A DNA stretch of 64,000 nt from a virus. A program made the position numbers and the translations under genes. Below the pieces are notes generated by a model. That model saw only the letters and a list, made by a program, of their open reading frames with translations. It was not told the origin of the DNA and did no database searches. This document shows positions 33,301 to 40,986 of this stretch, piece by piece. Location of the stretch: the IMG/VR virus record IMGVR_UViG_3300021963_000049, positions 1 to 64,000 of that record. One strand, 5' to 3'. Each line of letters opens with the position of its first letter. Positions within the stretch are counted from its first letter, which is position 1.

Positions 33301-34684
33301 AGATCTTGCATTAGCAACTCCGTGGGCTACTAAAACTATGTTAGAGTGGACTAGTAAAGGTATCTATGCAGTTGGGCCGGGCCCATTATCCACACAAATA
33401 GTAGAAATATTTGACCCAGCATTTAAAACTAAAGATGAATTTGGTAGATCTGTAACAAGAAGTTTATTCAAAGACTTAGTTAATGGTGAGTGGATGTACA
33501 TGCATAGAAAGTTTGGTGAGATGGAAGTAGCAATGAAGCTATTTGGATCTTTTATGTATGGACAAAAAGTAGATCAAATGCTATCTGATGGTAAAGTAAA
33601 GTCTATAAGATACATTGATGCTTGGGAGAAAGATCCTGAAACTGGAATTGCAAGATTAAAGAAAGGTATACACCCGGCATGGAGTAATTTATCAGTATTC
33701 CATACTTATATAAAAGGTGAGACACTAGAGGAGATAGCAAAGAAATACTATATTACAAAAGAAGAGTTGATGGCTAAAAATAAAATTAAGTCAGAGACTC
33801 AGTTGGAAGATGGTCAGGAGATTATAATTGCAAAATCTGAGAAGTTTAAAGCATTTAAAAATCAAATACAAGGAGTATCAAGAAAACTCTTTGGGGTTTA
33901 TGATGAATTTGGTCAGCCAGAGGGTAATAAATTAATGCTCTATAGAATGTTTATGTTCTTAAGAAAGTGGTTTACACCAATGCTTGTGAATAGATTTGGT
34001 ATGGACACATCTAAAGAAAACTTTGGTAACTATAGATATGACTGGGCATTAGGTAAATATACTAAAGGTTACTATGTTAGTGCTTTCCAAACTTTATGGG
34101 GATTAATAAAGAGCAAAGGTCAGGATTATAAATACATGTCCAAAGATCAAAAAGCTGCGCTTATTAAAACTGCATCTGAAGCTCTGGCAATGATAATGTT
34201 TACTTTAATTGTAAGTGCTCTATTTGGATTTGATCCAGATGATGAAGAAAAATGGAAAAAATTAAAAGCTAAATCTGGGCCTTTATTTAGCCCAACATTT
34301 AAAACCTATGGTTGGTTATCAAATCATGCTCTTAATTTAATATTAGGAATTGAAGCTGAGACAGGTGCCTTTATTCCATTACCAAGTATCTTTGGAATGA
34401 ATCTAGGATCTGATGATTATATCAAAATGCTAACTTCAACTTCAGCTGCATTCTCAAATACATTGGTATTATATACACAAATACTTGGGGACTTCTTTAA
34501 CTTTATTACTTTTGATGAAGCTGATAGATATAAAAAAGAAACTGGTCCATACTGGTGGCAACAAAAAGGTTCATTAAAGTTATGGGGTAGATTATTTAAA
34601 ACTATAGGATTTACAGGAATTAGTGGTAGACCAGAGACTTTAATTGAAAACATGCAAGAAAGTGCAACTAGAATAGGTGGTTAA
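27341..34684 (+). CDS. Giant ejected virion protein 3 with a zincin HExxH motif, a LysM domain and a C-terminal hydrophobic segment
   Basis: 2447 aa; HEFSH at 29354-29368 with downstream EEALA; KGETLEEIAKKY...L...N.I....L..GQEIII LysM at about 33701-33830; ALAMIMFTLIVSALFGF. Confidence 0.75.
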   Translation: MVCEVKVNSIRFLQNNGAIDDIRTITNLNRFEELNDKLTRVAIEKYGLNTGGQQLFAVNTSELTDRKGSRYWRDNKIDIKRAIPNDRLFDELQALKNIKDNRPEAPMFMKTPDVDFSLKIVGALDKINRNKFESSKLQGWLNDLQKQGVSAQQLELFKEVAKPGMTKEEIAAAITATYSYTVEINIAKEVKPIGSDGEYFDENGQQISKKEFENLSKDRPTQYYSNLTVPGGTNYIENELATPAIIPSIKGHAQFATDKGIGWFRSDDKVEAISKQVSKSKVNFKESEDRVEKRGDKWVAINNTIGVLDTFNTKEEALSFLGLDVSEKIKVSDVKTRRILEFQSDLFQKGRESELLVNTLNRDRKDNVRILQLENISYDRNLTKEEEQELRKLNEPNFNKEGNQFLQLLNKNNNWVTFFIKSIVQDSAKKGYEKVLFPSGNTASKVEGHTTLEEFKKQKQDRIKELEKENQELKNKKLDLEVEKAYASLFEPITQEQFDKANKNQIESNNREINQLKQELERVEGPEGFGALRPIFNFYETTVANILKKQGYNPKQVTDEYGNTWNEISIESTRDLGTIMMMRPDALVDVQGIPMVNIDLGTINNARSKEIGNVLGQRLSQSMQQGFQNITEAEARELLKARKIPYNGEPAFYFAGTVYVVGDNINIDTVLHEFSHPLLQGIRRSNPKLFNNLYNLLKGTTEGEQIIELVKQRYPELEEESDLFKEEALAWSLQRKASNKVTQQVETEGFDNYIKKILAAIKQFLRNVFGDKVNVAKLDVNTTLDELADMLLEKDFQFETPKVTEEDIIMYGKFMLSAAERATELTKVSSSKSLEQLIKEVYTRNLELLNTARKFKSDKVIGNMMKESLFRKGTSEYLPGIQRTLRDYLEDLSKPNVNELIENAINAEERRIKEDNARATALVTSLDTINTTVDNILKDLRKIENLPNLNSRSVIGLLGLYKSLASAWYENIKDIDAILSEEVDVDVNNPFYQTINEIAYNITRVQARIGNLYKKNNVQFVVEITSYMNEFVTKRLNENLGKALKGAIPENQLEDTLNEVYNKVINQSFTDDDAAELVKKGVPKHILDKFLKEYKDFFVTPEEIRKHLSGEARDVTFFNRWLESYSSSNDIIVGPVAMFIQDQKTEVENKVWKDSMEFRRKLQDLLPRVGFSKLNTTQVRDLVSEEDTIMYFDKETGKPVEKKVRTFLNEFGNGWRYQQDILEYNLAMAKESKDQEAISKAQAELRQFNRDYMYDEYVPEYYEKDEIFNRSEVGGLAYLARREALNEYNNLVNQFDNELERLENYSSIQAAWRKYTQLSELYYEDGTPKVDDPENGIYDLSIAKVLLEYKEATKDFSEFVPIEGSLQTSYNEVVALLESQGITKGSGEFKRKIREWERQNLRIVNTEEFYEERAAAIEKIIRLQAKMNSVMNTQFNVGDAYKKISELIFAYKDEQGQPISTALSEDRLKMIKDTEQQIIDFKFNFDIKTGLTKDQAGELEILAEIAKKRPDDMTPEQESRYVYLINLQNNAGINPQDALDLQDAFKELSNLQTRIPTEYYMEALNYNLSKQNVKELNEDEVDDFINSDEFQLLLDADENFKKWFNLNHITKKVFNKKLNDYEEVYDKTRANTVAVPRNSKYIKTTKIIDTETNQEITLMGVPNIRHSRYQVKNKYRTIPFGEDKSQYVGKYIDNKGNYLPRPFNPNDKNSAKDARFINKEYLKLKAENSPRFQLLEAMKEYSLSQQEGMSNYGKLYLDLPRYAIKRMDIYQVMQKGKYGERFKELGSNIKEWLKQSVGKSAVDFENDLNYDPKNNLVNTNLQGDRVSYIPVTGIYNLDLDITDADVLNGLFRYAMSIQSQGKLYESLPLVEGLLDTLEDPANKPKNLDKFQKGMFNLRNKLQNVNKEGATNNRLGQLRSLIEREYYGKRVVGMEENHPRISKWLQTIQGLSARGSLAVNIPSDLKNKYSGYVQTLIEAAGGEFITLKDLALATPWATKTMLEWTSKGIYAVGPGPLSTQIVEIFDPAFKTKDEFGRSVTRSLFKDLVNGEWMYMHRKFGEMEVAMKLFGSFMYGQKVDQMLSDGKVKSIRYIDAWEKDPETGIARLKKGIHPAWSNLSVFHTYIKGETLEEIAKKYYITKEELMAKNKIKSETQLEDGQEIIIAKSEKFKAFKNQIQGVSRKLFGVYDEFGQPEGNKLMLYRMFMFLRKWFTPMLVNRFGMDTSKENFGNYRYDWALGKYTKGYYVSAFQTLWGLIKSKGQDYKYMSKDQKAALIKTASEALAMIMFTLIVSALFGFDPDDEEKWKKLKAKSGPLFSPTFKTYGWLSNHALNLILGIEAETGAFIPLPSIFGMNLGSDDYIKMLTSTSAAFSNTLVLYTQILGDFFNFITFDEADRYKKETGPYWWQQKGSLKLWGRLFKTIGFTGISGRPETLIENMQESATRIGG

Positions 34685-34697
34685 TAATAAATAGAAA

Positions 34698-34838
34698 ATG
34701 GCAAAGGCAACTTCAGGAACAGTAAAAAGATTTGAAAAAAGTAGAGTGTCAAGACCTGGTATTCATGCTAAGACAAAGACATCTAAGCTTAAGAAATCTA
34801 AGAATTACCGCAAGGCATATAGAGCTCAGGGCCGGTAA
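34698..34838 (+). CDS. Small, very basic protein (46 aa), probably nucleic-acid binding; missing from the ORF track
   Basis: Hand translation MAKATSGTVKRFEKSRVSRPGIHAKTKTSKLKKSKNYRKAYRAQGR; A-rich leader; stops just before the terminator. Confidence 0.75.
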   Translation: MAKATSGTVKRFEKSRVSRPGIHAKTKTSKLKKSKNYRKAYRAQGR

Positions 34839-34839
34839 G

Positions 34840-34873
34840 AAAAAAAAAGGGGAACCCGAAGGCTCCCCATTTT
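34840..34873 (-). terminator. Intrinsic terminator at the convergence of the two genome arms, possibly bidirectional
   Basis: Minus strand GGGGAGCC-TTCG-GGTTCCCC then T9; cUUCGg tetraloop; a short T run also follows on the plus strand. Confidence 0.85.
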
Positions 34874-35060
34874 ATTCTTCTTCATCACAGCAGTCACATT
34901 CTTCTGACTCTTGTGGTCCATATTCATTATCAAACCATTCTCTGGCTTGTGATTTATTAGGCATTTCATAATAGCCACAATACATACTGCTTGCTCCAGC
35001 TAGATATGCTTCAAGCATAGCTTTTTTAAATGCTGTTGGATGCATCTTGTTCATTGTCAA
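34872..35060 (-). CDS. Hypothetical protein with an acidic, Cys-containing tail
   Basis: 62-aa ORF ending ECDCCDEEE; last gene of the minus arm. Confidence 0.55.
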   Translation of the reverse strand: MTMNKMHPTAFKKAMLEAYLAGASSMYCGYYEMPNKSQAREWFDNEYGPQESEECDCCDEEE

Positions 35061-35433
35061 TTATATCTTTAATTTGAGGCGGGAAATAACCGGGCCCTTT
35101 TAATATTTTACCATCTTGTCTAAAGATAGGTTTACCATCTTCTCCAAGCTTACTCATATTACTAGACTGTATTCTATCAAATACTTCTTCTATAATATGT
35201 TGCATACCATGTGTAAGTATGGTACCACATAAAATATATAACTGGTCTCCCAAAGCATCAGCAATCTCTACTAAAGAGTTCTTATAGCAAGCTTCTAAAT
35301 ACTCATCATTCTCCTCCTTCATAAGACTATGTCTTAGATTATATATACCATTGGGTACATTCTGTGGCCACTTACCATCTTTCTGACCAAATGCTTTATG
35401 AAATTCTGCTACAGCATCTAATTGTTTCTTCAT
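35026..35433 (-). CDS. MazG-like / PRA-PH family nucleoside triphosphate pyrophosphohydrolase
   Basis: EFHKAFG, EENDEY...EIADALGD, SNMSK...GKPIFRQDGKILKG. Confidence 0.85.
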   Translation of the reverse strand: MKKQLDAVAEFHKAFGQKDGKWPQNVPNGIYNLRHSLMKEENDEYLEACYKNSLVEIADALGDQLYILCGTILTHGMQHIIEEVFDRIQSSNMSKLGEDGKPIFRQDGKILKGPGYFPPQIKDIIDNEQDASNSI

Positions 35434-35445
35434 ATTTTATTTTTT

Positions 35446-35454
35446 GCAAAGATA
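35446..35454 (-). promoter_or_regulatory. Bacteroidota sigma70-type -7 element (TAnnTTTG)
   Basis: TATCTTTG on the minus strand about 13 nt upstream of the MazG-like start, directly after a terminator; no clear -33 element. Confidence 0.55.
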
Positions 35455-35484
35455 AAAAAAGGAAGACAGCAACTGCCATCTTCC
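35454..35484 (-). terminator. Intrinsic terminator
   Basis: GGAAGATGGC-AGTT-GCTGTCTTCC followed by T7. Confidence 0.75.
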
Positions 35485-35519
35485 CTTTTTTGTTGTTGAT
35501 CTACTTTGTCAAGCAGCTT

Positions 35520-36803
35520 TTAAAAAAAGTCTGGGCCTTCTTCAGTTGGTTCATCAGTAAAATCATCTAAGTCCCAATTAAAACTTTCTTGTTGTTCTTC
35601 TTCTGTAAGCAAACTAAATCCTTGACTTGTTTGTGGCACAGGTGTAGTGTCTATAATTTCTAAGTTAGCTTCTTCTTCTAATTCAAAGTTATCTTCTTCA
35701 GCAAATGGATTTTCTTCTTGTTGAAGTTGCTCAGCTTCAAAAATCATATGATCTTCTGGTGTTGGTTCCAATGAAGGACTGGTTTCCCATATTAAAGCTT
35801 CTAAAACTTCAGTATCTTCTTTAGCTTGTTCTACCATTTTCTCTTCAAGCATTTCAGTAAATGTTTCTACAACAGGAACTTCAAAGCTATTACCTTGAGG
35901 ATCAGTGTATTGAATGACCTCATCTAAAGTAACACTTGAAGCTTCTTCTTGCTGATTTTCAATTTCAGCTATTTGAATTAGAATATTAGTCTGGTTTTCT
36001 GGTTGACCATAATTATTAGCTAATGGGTCTTCTATGGTTTCACTAACAGTGTTGATAGGTTCTTCTATCTGTGCAGGTGCACTGCACTGCTGGAAGTTAT
36101 AGATACTAGAAATAAAATGATGAAGAATTCTCTGATCTTCCATCCAGGTTCTTGGATGTGATTGTTGTAGAGCAAGAGTAACATAGTTATAAAAGGCCCA
36201 AAGACTATCATTACTTTCAAATGTAAAAGATGGTTTTTTCATTTGGTCTCTAATAAAACTTGCTTGTTCTGTAGTTAGAATTCCATACTCTGCAAACAAT
36301 ACACCTAAGAGCTGAGCTTGTTTTCTTGTGTTTAGCATCATCTCTTTCATGGCTGCTTTATCAGAAACTAACTGGTTATAATACATGTAAGCATTTGTTA
36401 CATAATCATCAATTGTAGCTTTTGTTTCTGTATCTGCAGTTCCCATATGCTTTCTAACCCAGCTACCCATATCACCAGAAATCATAACTGAGCCGGTATC
36501 ATTTATATAAGCACCAACCACACATTTAAACTTTACTTGTTTATTATAACTGTTTGTCCAAGCAAACATCATTGATAACTCAGGATCAGAATTAAACTGA
36601 AGTTTATAAATTCCCTGAGCAATTTGTCCATCAGCAGTACATCTGTACTCTTCTTCTACAATACCAAACCCTCCATTAGCAAGGGCTTGATAAGCATAAT
36701 CAATTACAAATTGGTGACTAATTACAGTATAAGTAGCACCATGATTTGGTAAAGGCACACTAATAATATGTGCCTTTGTTGTGTTTTGAATTTTCTTTGG
36801 CAT
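35520..36803 (-). CDS. DUF932-like domain protein with a long acidic C-terminal tail
   Basis: TYTVISH, NSYNKQ, VRKHMG, LWAFYNYVT pattern; last ~180 aa D/E-rich. Confidence 0.6.
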   Translation of the reverse strand: MPKKIQNTTKAHIISVPLPNHGATYTVISHQFVIDYAYQALANGGFGIVEEEYRCTADGQIAQGIYKLQFNSDPELSMMFAWTNSYNKQVKFKCVVGAYINDTGSVMISGDMGSWVRKHMGTADTETKATIDDYVTNAYMYYNQLVSDKAAMKEMMLNTRKQAQLLGVLFAEYGILTTEQASFIRDQMKKPSFTFESNDSLWAFYNYVTLALQQSHPRTWMEDQRILHHFISSIYNFQQCSAPAQIEEPINTVSETIEDPLANNYGQPENQTNILIQIAEIENQQEEASSVTLDEVIQYTDPQGNSFEVPVVETFTEMLEEKMVEQAKEDTEVLEALIWETSPSLEPTPEDHMIFEAEQLQQEENPFAEEDNFELEEEANLEIIDTTPVPQTSQGFSLLTEEEQQESFNWDLDDFTDEPTEEGPDFF

Positions 36804-36804
36804 T

Positions 36805-38703
36805 TTAAAATAAACTTAATTGGTTTAAATTTGGTTCAAGAGAAGCTATCTCTTTCTTTATCCTTTGTAGATAATAGTCATAGTTGATACTATAATTAGA
36901 AAAGTCTTGCTCTTCATGATCAATATAGACTGTTTGGAGCCAAGGTCCGGCTTCTACTTGTATTTCTCTAGAGTCAGTAAGATTTGTTTTAATAATCTTA
37001 CTACCTTTTTTAGATATATAATATCTGATTGTATGCTGCAGAGGAGTCTTTAAATATTCTCCATCAACTACTTTGTGTTCATAAAACTTCCAGTCACCTT
37101 TTATTTTTACACCACCACAAAAATCAAATATATTTGTGTTAGCTTTAATAAAGTCTTCTGGTCTTATTCCTTTAACAAAATATGCCTGGAGTGCTTTTGG
37201 TATAATTAAGAAGCTCTTGTTTTTATGAAGAGCTAAGTTATCATACTCAAATCTACCTTTACATTTAGACTTACCATCCTCTGTTACAGCAATATAATTA
37301 TTTACATCACCAAGAACAATCTTAGAATATGTACCGTGTTCTAACTCAAGACTGGTAATTTCTTCCCATCTTTTGCAGATCTCCATATACTTATCCATAT
37401 ATTCTCTTGGAATCATAGTCTCTAAACCATCAGTATTCTGCATAAGTGGAACTGCTCCGGGAATTTCTTCACAGATCATTTCATACAGCATGCTTAGACT
37501 TAGCTGACCATTGATAGTAATCCTCATAGTAAACTCAGGATCATATAGAAAACTATTCTCATCATTACTTAAACCATAAGTAGAATTTAGAATAATCTTA
37601 TATACATAATTCTTAGGATTGCTCTTAGGTATTTTCTTTCTTTCTTCAAAGAACCATTCATACAAAGCACAGAATTCTTCTTTTGGCAAGTGTGCCGGAG
37701 CCCATTTATTTCTAATTGCAAGATTAGGATAATAACTGACAACATCTGAAGTCATGATAACCATATCTTGGTTAGACTTATAAACTTTAGTAGTTCTGGC
37801 ACCATGAATACCACCAAGACCATAATCTGTCTTTACACCTTTATACTTTATAGAATATTTAAAACCACCTTTAGTTTCTTCTGGAAATATAGTTATATCC
37901 TGAAATTTCTTTAACAAAGTCTGAAAGGTTGCAGTTTTAAATTCTATATAAGGTAAGATTATATCTTTAACCACAATCTTACTCCTATGAGTTCTCATGT
38001 TTCTAAGATCATATTTCTTGATCCCAGTTTGCTTACTCAAAAAGTATAAGAATAGTTCTTTAGATATTCTTGGCTCAGAAGCAGAAAATAAATCAATATT
38101 ATACTCTTCAGTTAAAGATTTTCTTAGTGAAATTTGCTCTTTACTTAGATGCATAATTGCCTTAGTAGACTTAACATCATTAATACAATAGGTTATAATC
38201 TCAGGAATTTGTTCTGCAGTAACTTCAGTAGTATGATGAATTGGCATATCTATAATATTCTTCCAATCCATACTAAACTGAATCCACTTTAAACTAGATC
38301 TCTTAGCATTATTGTCCCAGTGATTAAGCTTATAAACATCTACTTGTCTAATACTTAAATCTCTTGGACTAAATTCTAAGAACTGCCCTTCATTACTTCT
38401 TCTGATTGTATCCTGTGCTTTGCCATATAAGAACTTGGCAATGGTCTTACCATCTTGTTCTATTAACTGTTCTGCATTCTTTAGGATGTGCTCGGTGATT
38501 TGGCTATCAAAACCAATCCCATTAAAACTAACATGCCATTCATCCCGGTCTTTATTCCCAAGCAAGAAATATACTAAGCTTGTGATATCATTCCTAGACT
38601 CATGGCATACAAAGATCTCTTGATCTTCTGATCTGATATCTTCAAACACTGCAATAAAACAGTTGCTTAAAGTCTCATAATCCATTACCCAATGTGTTCT
38701 CAT
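36805..38703 (-). CDS. polB: DNA polymerase family B with 3'-5' exonuclease
   Basis: Exo DYET, FNGIGFD, YCINDV; polymerase SDVVSYYPN, KIILNSTYG, NTDG. Confidence 0.92.
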   Translation of the reverse strand: MRTHWVMDYETLSNCFIAVFEDIRSEDQEIFVCHESRNDITSLVYFLLGNKDRDEWHVSFNGIGFDSQITEHILKNAEQLIEQDGKTIAKFLYGKAQDTIRRSNEGQFLEFSPRDLSIRQVDVYKLNHWDNNAKRSSLKWIQFSMDWKNIIDMPIHHTTEVTAEQIPEIITYCINDVKSTKAIMHLSKEQISLRKSLTEEYNIDLFSASEPRISKELFLYFLSKQTGIKKYDLRNMRTHRSKIVVKDIILPYIEFKTATFQTLLKKFQDITIFPEETKGGFKYSIKYKGVKTDYGLGGIHGARTTKVYKSNQDMVIMTSDVVSYYPNLAIRNKWAPAHLPKEEFCALYEWFFEERKKIPKSNPKNYVYKIILNSTYGLSNDENSFLYDPEFTMRITINGQLSLSMLYEMICEEIPGAVPLMQNTDGLETMIPREYMDKYMEICKRWEEITSLELEHGTYSKIVLGDVNNYIAVTEDGKSKCKGRFEYDNLALHKNKSFLIIPKALQAYFVKGIRPEDFIKANTNIFDFCGGVKIKGDWKFYEHKVVDGEYLKTPLQHTIRYYISKKGSKIIKTNLTDSREIQVEAGPWLQTVYIDHEEQDFSNYSINYDYYLQRIKKEIASLEPNLNQLSLF

Positions 38704-38930
38704 CTTACCTTTTTAAATAAACCTTCATAAATTGGATCTTGTAATTTTTTACTGTCAATCCATACTCTTGTTTCATTAGGCATTATTGCTTCACATTCTG
38801 AACAATGCTCAATCCTTTCTGAATGATTAGGACTACAACAGTTGCATTTAATTGGAAAATTAAAATAGGTAATTCTTAATGGACCATCTATTTCACAATA
38901 CTGACAAGGTCCCCATGGTAATTCTCCCAT
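38700..38930 (-). CDS. Small Cys-rich (Zn-binding) hypothetical protein
   Basis: CQYC, CNCC, HCSEC; ATGA overlap with polB. Confidence 0.6.
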   Translation of the reverse strand: MGELPWGPCQYCEIDGPLRITYFNFPIKCNCCSPNHSERIEHCSECEAIMPNETRVWIDSKKLQDPIYEGLFKKVR

Positions 38931-38971
38931 AATACTTGTGTTCAGTTAAGCTGTTCCCCCATTTAGTTTAT

Positions 38972-39005
38972 AAAAAATTCTAGGGTATTGTGAGTACCCT
39001 AGAAT
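38972..39005 (-). terminator. Intrinsic terminator / hairpin
   Basis: Perfect 11-bp inverted repeat ATTCTAGGGTA...TACCCTAGAAT with a T run on the minus strand. Confidence 0.7.
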
Positions 39006-39018
39006 AATTATTAATTAA

Positions 39019-39375
39019 TTATTTGGATACTTCAGCCTCCATAAAAGCATTATAGTCAAATGTATCTGCATTTACTGCAAATCCATGTACTAAATCTTTA
39101 ATAGCTACTTTATCTTCAATGTAGAACTCCTGAAATACTTCCAGCTTGTGTCTTTCTTGTTTGATACCTTTGGCACCAGAAAGAGCTTGACCATAATCAT
39201 CTAGCTTAGGAAGCATGTGCAAGGTTACCTTCTTAATTTTAGATATGATAACAAATACTTTGCTATCAGGATCAAATATACATTCTACATAAGGACATGA
39301 TTCTGTTAAAGGAATCAGTCTAAAAGTTTGTTTGTCCTGCCAAGTGGCTTGGACCATCATCATTGATTTTTCCAT
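39019..39375 (-). CDS. Hypothetical protein
   Basis: 118-aa ORF with phage-like codon usage. Confidence 0.7.
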   Translation of the reverse strand: MEKSMMMVQATWQDKQTFRLIPLTESCPYVECIFDPDSKVFVIISKIKKVTLHMLPKLDDYGQALSGAKGIKQERHKLEVFQEFYIEDKVAIKDLVHGFAVNADTFDYNAFMEAEVSK

Positions 39376-39388
39376 TTTGTTGATTTTT

Positions 39389-39961
39389 TTACAAATTTAG
39401 TTTAGTTTCTATATTTTCCAAGTCTGCAACAGCCATTATTAGTTGTTCTTTTTCTAAATCAGGTTTGCTACAGAGCTCACCAACTGAGATAAGAGTTTCA
39501 ACATCTACTCCTAAAAGCTCTGCATAATTACTATAATGCTTCTCAGGAAGCAAATAACTATGCATATAGGAATAATTGCCACTATACTTATCAAAGAAGT
39601 TTAAAATTTGTTGCTTTAAATTCAGACTTAGTTTGCTGTATTTACCATTCAGAAAGTGTGACCAATCATCACCTAAATCAGAAAAATCAAATGTTACAAC
39701 TGTTGTGCTATCATTTACTCTTACAAAGTCATTCAGCCTAGTATGCTTGAGTAATATATTTTTCTCAAACTGTACATACTCTGCATCTTCTCTACTATGA
39801 TATACACATACCAGTTTCATATCCTCGGGAGCATATGTGTCATTCCAACTAAGATAAGTCTCAGCCGGAATTACACTTGTCCCTCTTTTAATTCCAAGGA
39901 GCGGATATATAAAAACCTTGGACTTTTGAAAGTATTTACTATACACAGAACTTAAAGCCAT
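39389..39961 (-). CDS. Hypothetical protein
   Basis: 190-aa ORF in a tightly packed operon. Confidence 0.7.
   Translation of the reverse strand: MALSSVYSKYFQKSKVFIYPLLGIKRGTSVIPAETYLSWNDTYAPEDMKLVCVYHSREDAEYVQFEKNILLKHTRLNDFVRVNDSTTVVTFDFSDLGDDWSHFLNGKYSKLSLNLKQQILNFFDKYSGNYSYMHSYLLPEKHYSNYAELLGVDVETLISVGELCSKPDLEKEQLIMAVADLENIETKLNL
39392..39399 (-). promoter_or_regulatory. Possible Bacteroidota -7 promoter element
   Basis: TAAATTTG on the minus strand about 16 nt upstream of the 39375 start. Confidence 0.4.
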
Positions 39962-39966
39962 AAAAT

Positions 39967-40986
39967 TTACAATTTTGTATTACCTACTGCTAAGTCATAT
40001 GGTAGATCATATCTCTTGTTCTTATAGTGCCATTCAGCAATTTTAAGAACTTGTTTAAAATCTATTCTCCATTGTGACATAGATTCTTCTGACACTTGGA
40101 AAGGATAAACTAAATTGTATTTGTCAATTACAATATAAGTTACTTGCATTTTCCAAAGGTGTTTGTCTGGCATGTCTTTTAAGAATTTATCTGCAGCTAG
40201 TACAATATAGATAACAGCTTGTATCCAATATTTGTAATACTCAACAGCTTCAGGAAAATCTTGAATAGACTTGCCAGTTGTCTTTAAATCATTAATAAAA
40301 ATTGTTTTAGACTGCTTATCAATAACTATGTTATCAAGAACTCCATGAAGACCAAAAGGCAATCTGTCATGATCCATCTGAATATGCAACTCATTATATA
40401 CTTCAATGTGATCATCTTCCTCTGTCTTATCTAGCTGTAATAAAGCTCTTACATCCTTATTACTTTTTAGTATCTCTACCTGTGCTTTGCAGCCATCCAA
40501 AGTAGGTTGATCTACTACTATTTTGTCTAAACTTTTCTTGAGGAATTCAAAATACTCTTTATTCTCTTCAGTGAGAACTTTTTCTATTCTTTGAGCATCT
40601 GTTTTAAGGGCTTGATAAAGATTTGCTACAAGTAGCTGTGTGAGTATATCTTGAGAGTAGTCTTCCAAAAGTAAAGAATTATTTCCAACTGAGCAATGTA
40701 TCCGGAAAATATTATCAATAATTTTTCTTTGACTGTCTGTAGGAAACTTCCCTGGCATGCTCATAAACTTATCATCATATGTATCAGGTTCAAATAATAG
40801 ACAGTGCAGGACACTCCCTCCTATGAGGTGAGCATCCTTACTATCTTCTCTTTGGTTGAGCACATAATGGTTATAAAAAGCTGCGGGTGAAAAAAGTAGT
40901 TTGTTTAAACCACTGTAGCTAAAATAAAATTTCTTCTGATAGAATTTTTCTAATTCATCAGAACCACTCAAAGTCACTGGTGTCAT
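39967..40986 (-). CDS. PD-(D/E)XK exonuclease (RecE / DUF3799-like)
   Basis: FSYSGL, GSVLHCLL, GVLDNI...INDLKTT, YWIQAVIY. Confidence 0.85.
   Translation of the reverse strand: MTPVTLSGSDELEKFYQKKFYFSYSGLNKLLFSPAAFYNHYVLNQREDSKDAHLIGGSVLHCLLFEPDTYDDKFMSMPGKFPTDSQRKIIDNIFRIHCSVGNNSLLLEDYSQDILTQLLVANLYQALKTDAQRIEKVLTEENKEYFEFLKKSLDKIVVDQPTLDGCKAQVEILKSNKDVRALLQLDKTEEDDHIEVYNELHIQMDHDRLPFGLHGVLDNIVIDKQSKTIFINDLKTTGKSIQDFPEAVEYYKYWIQAVIYIVLAADKFLKDMPDKHLWKMQVTYIVIDKYNLVYPFQVSEESMSQWRIDFKQVLKIAEWHYKNKRYDLPYDLAVGNTKL

Noticed and set aside
256-34653. Many short antisense and alternate-frame ORFs inside the large genes
   Set aside because: Shadow ORFs with Ser/Leu/Phe-rich composition typical of reverse complements of biased coding sequence.
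34732-34971. 79-aa plus-strand ORF from the track
   Set aside because: TTG start, runs through the terminator and into an antisense gene; the 46-aa ATG ORF in another frame is the better call.
39967-40986. Cas4 assignment for the PD-(D/E)XK protein
   Set aside because: Lacks the four-Cys Fe-S cluster pattern and any CRISPR context; fits a phage recombination exonuclease.
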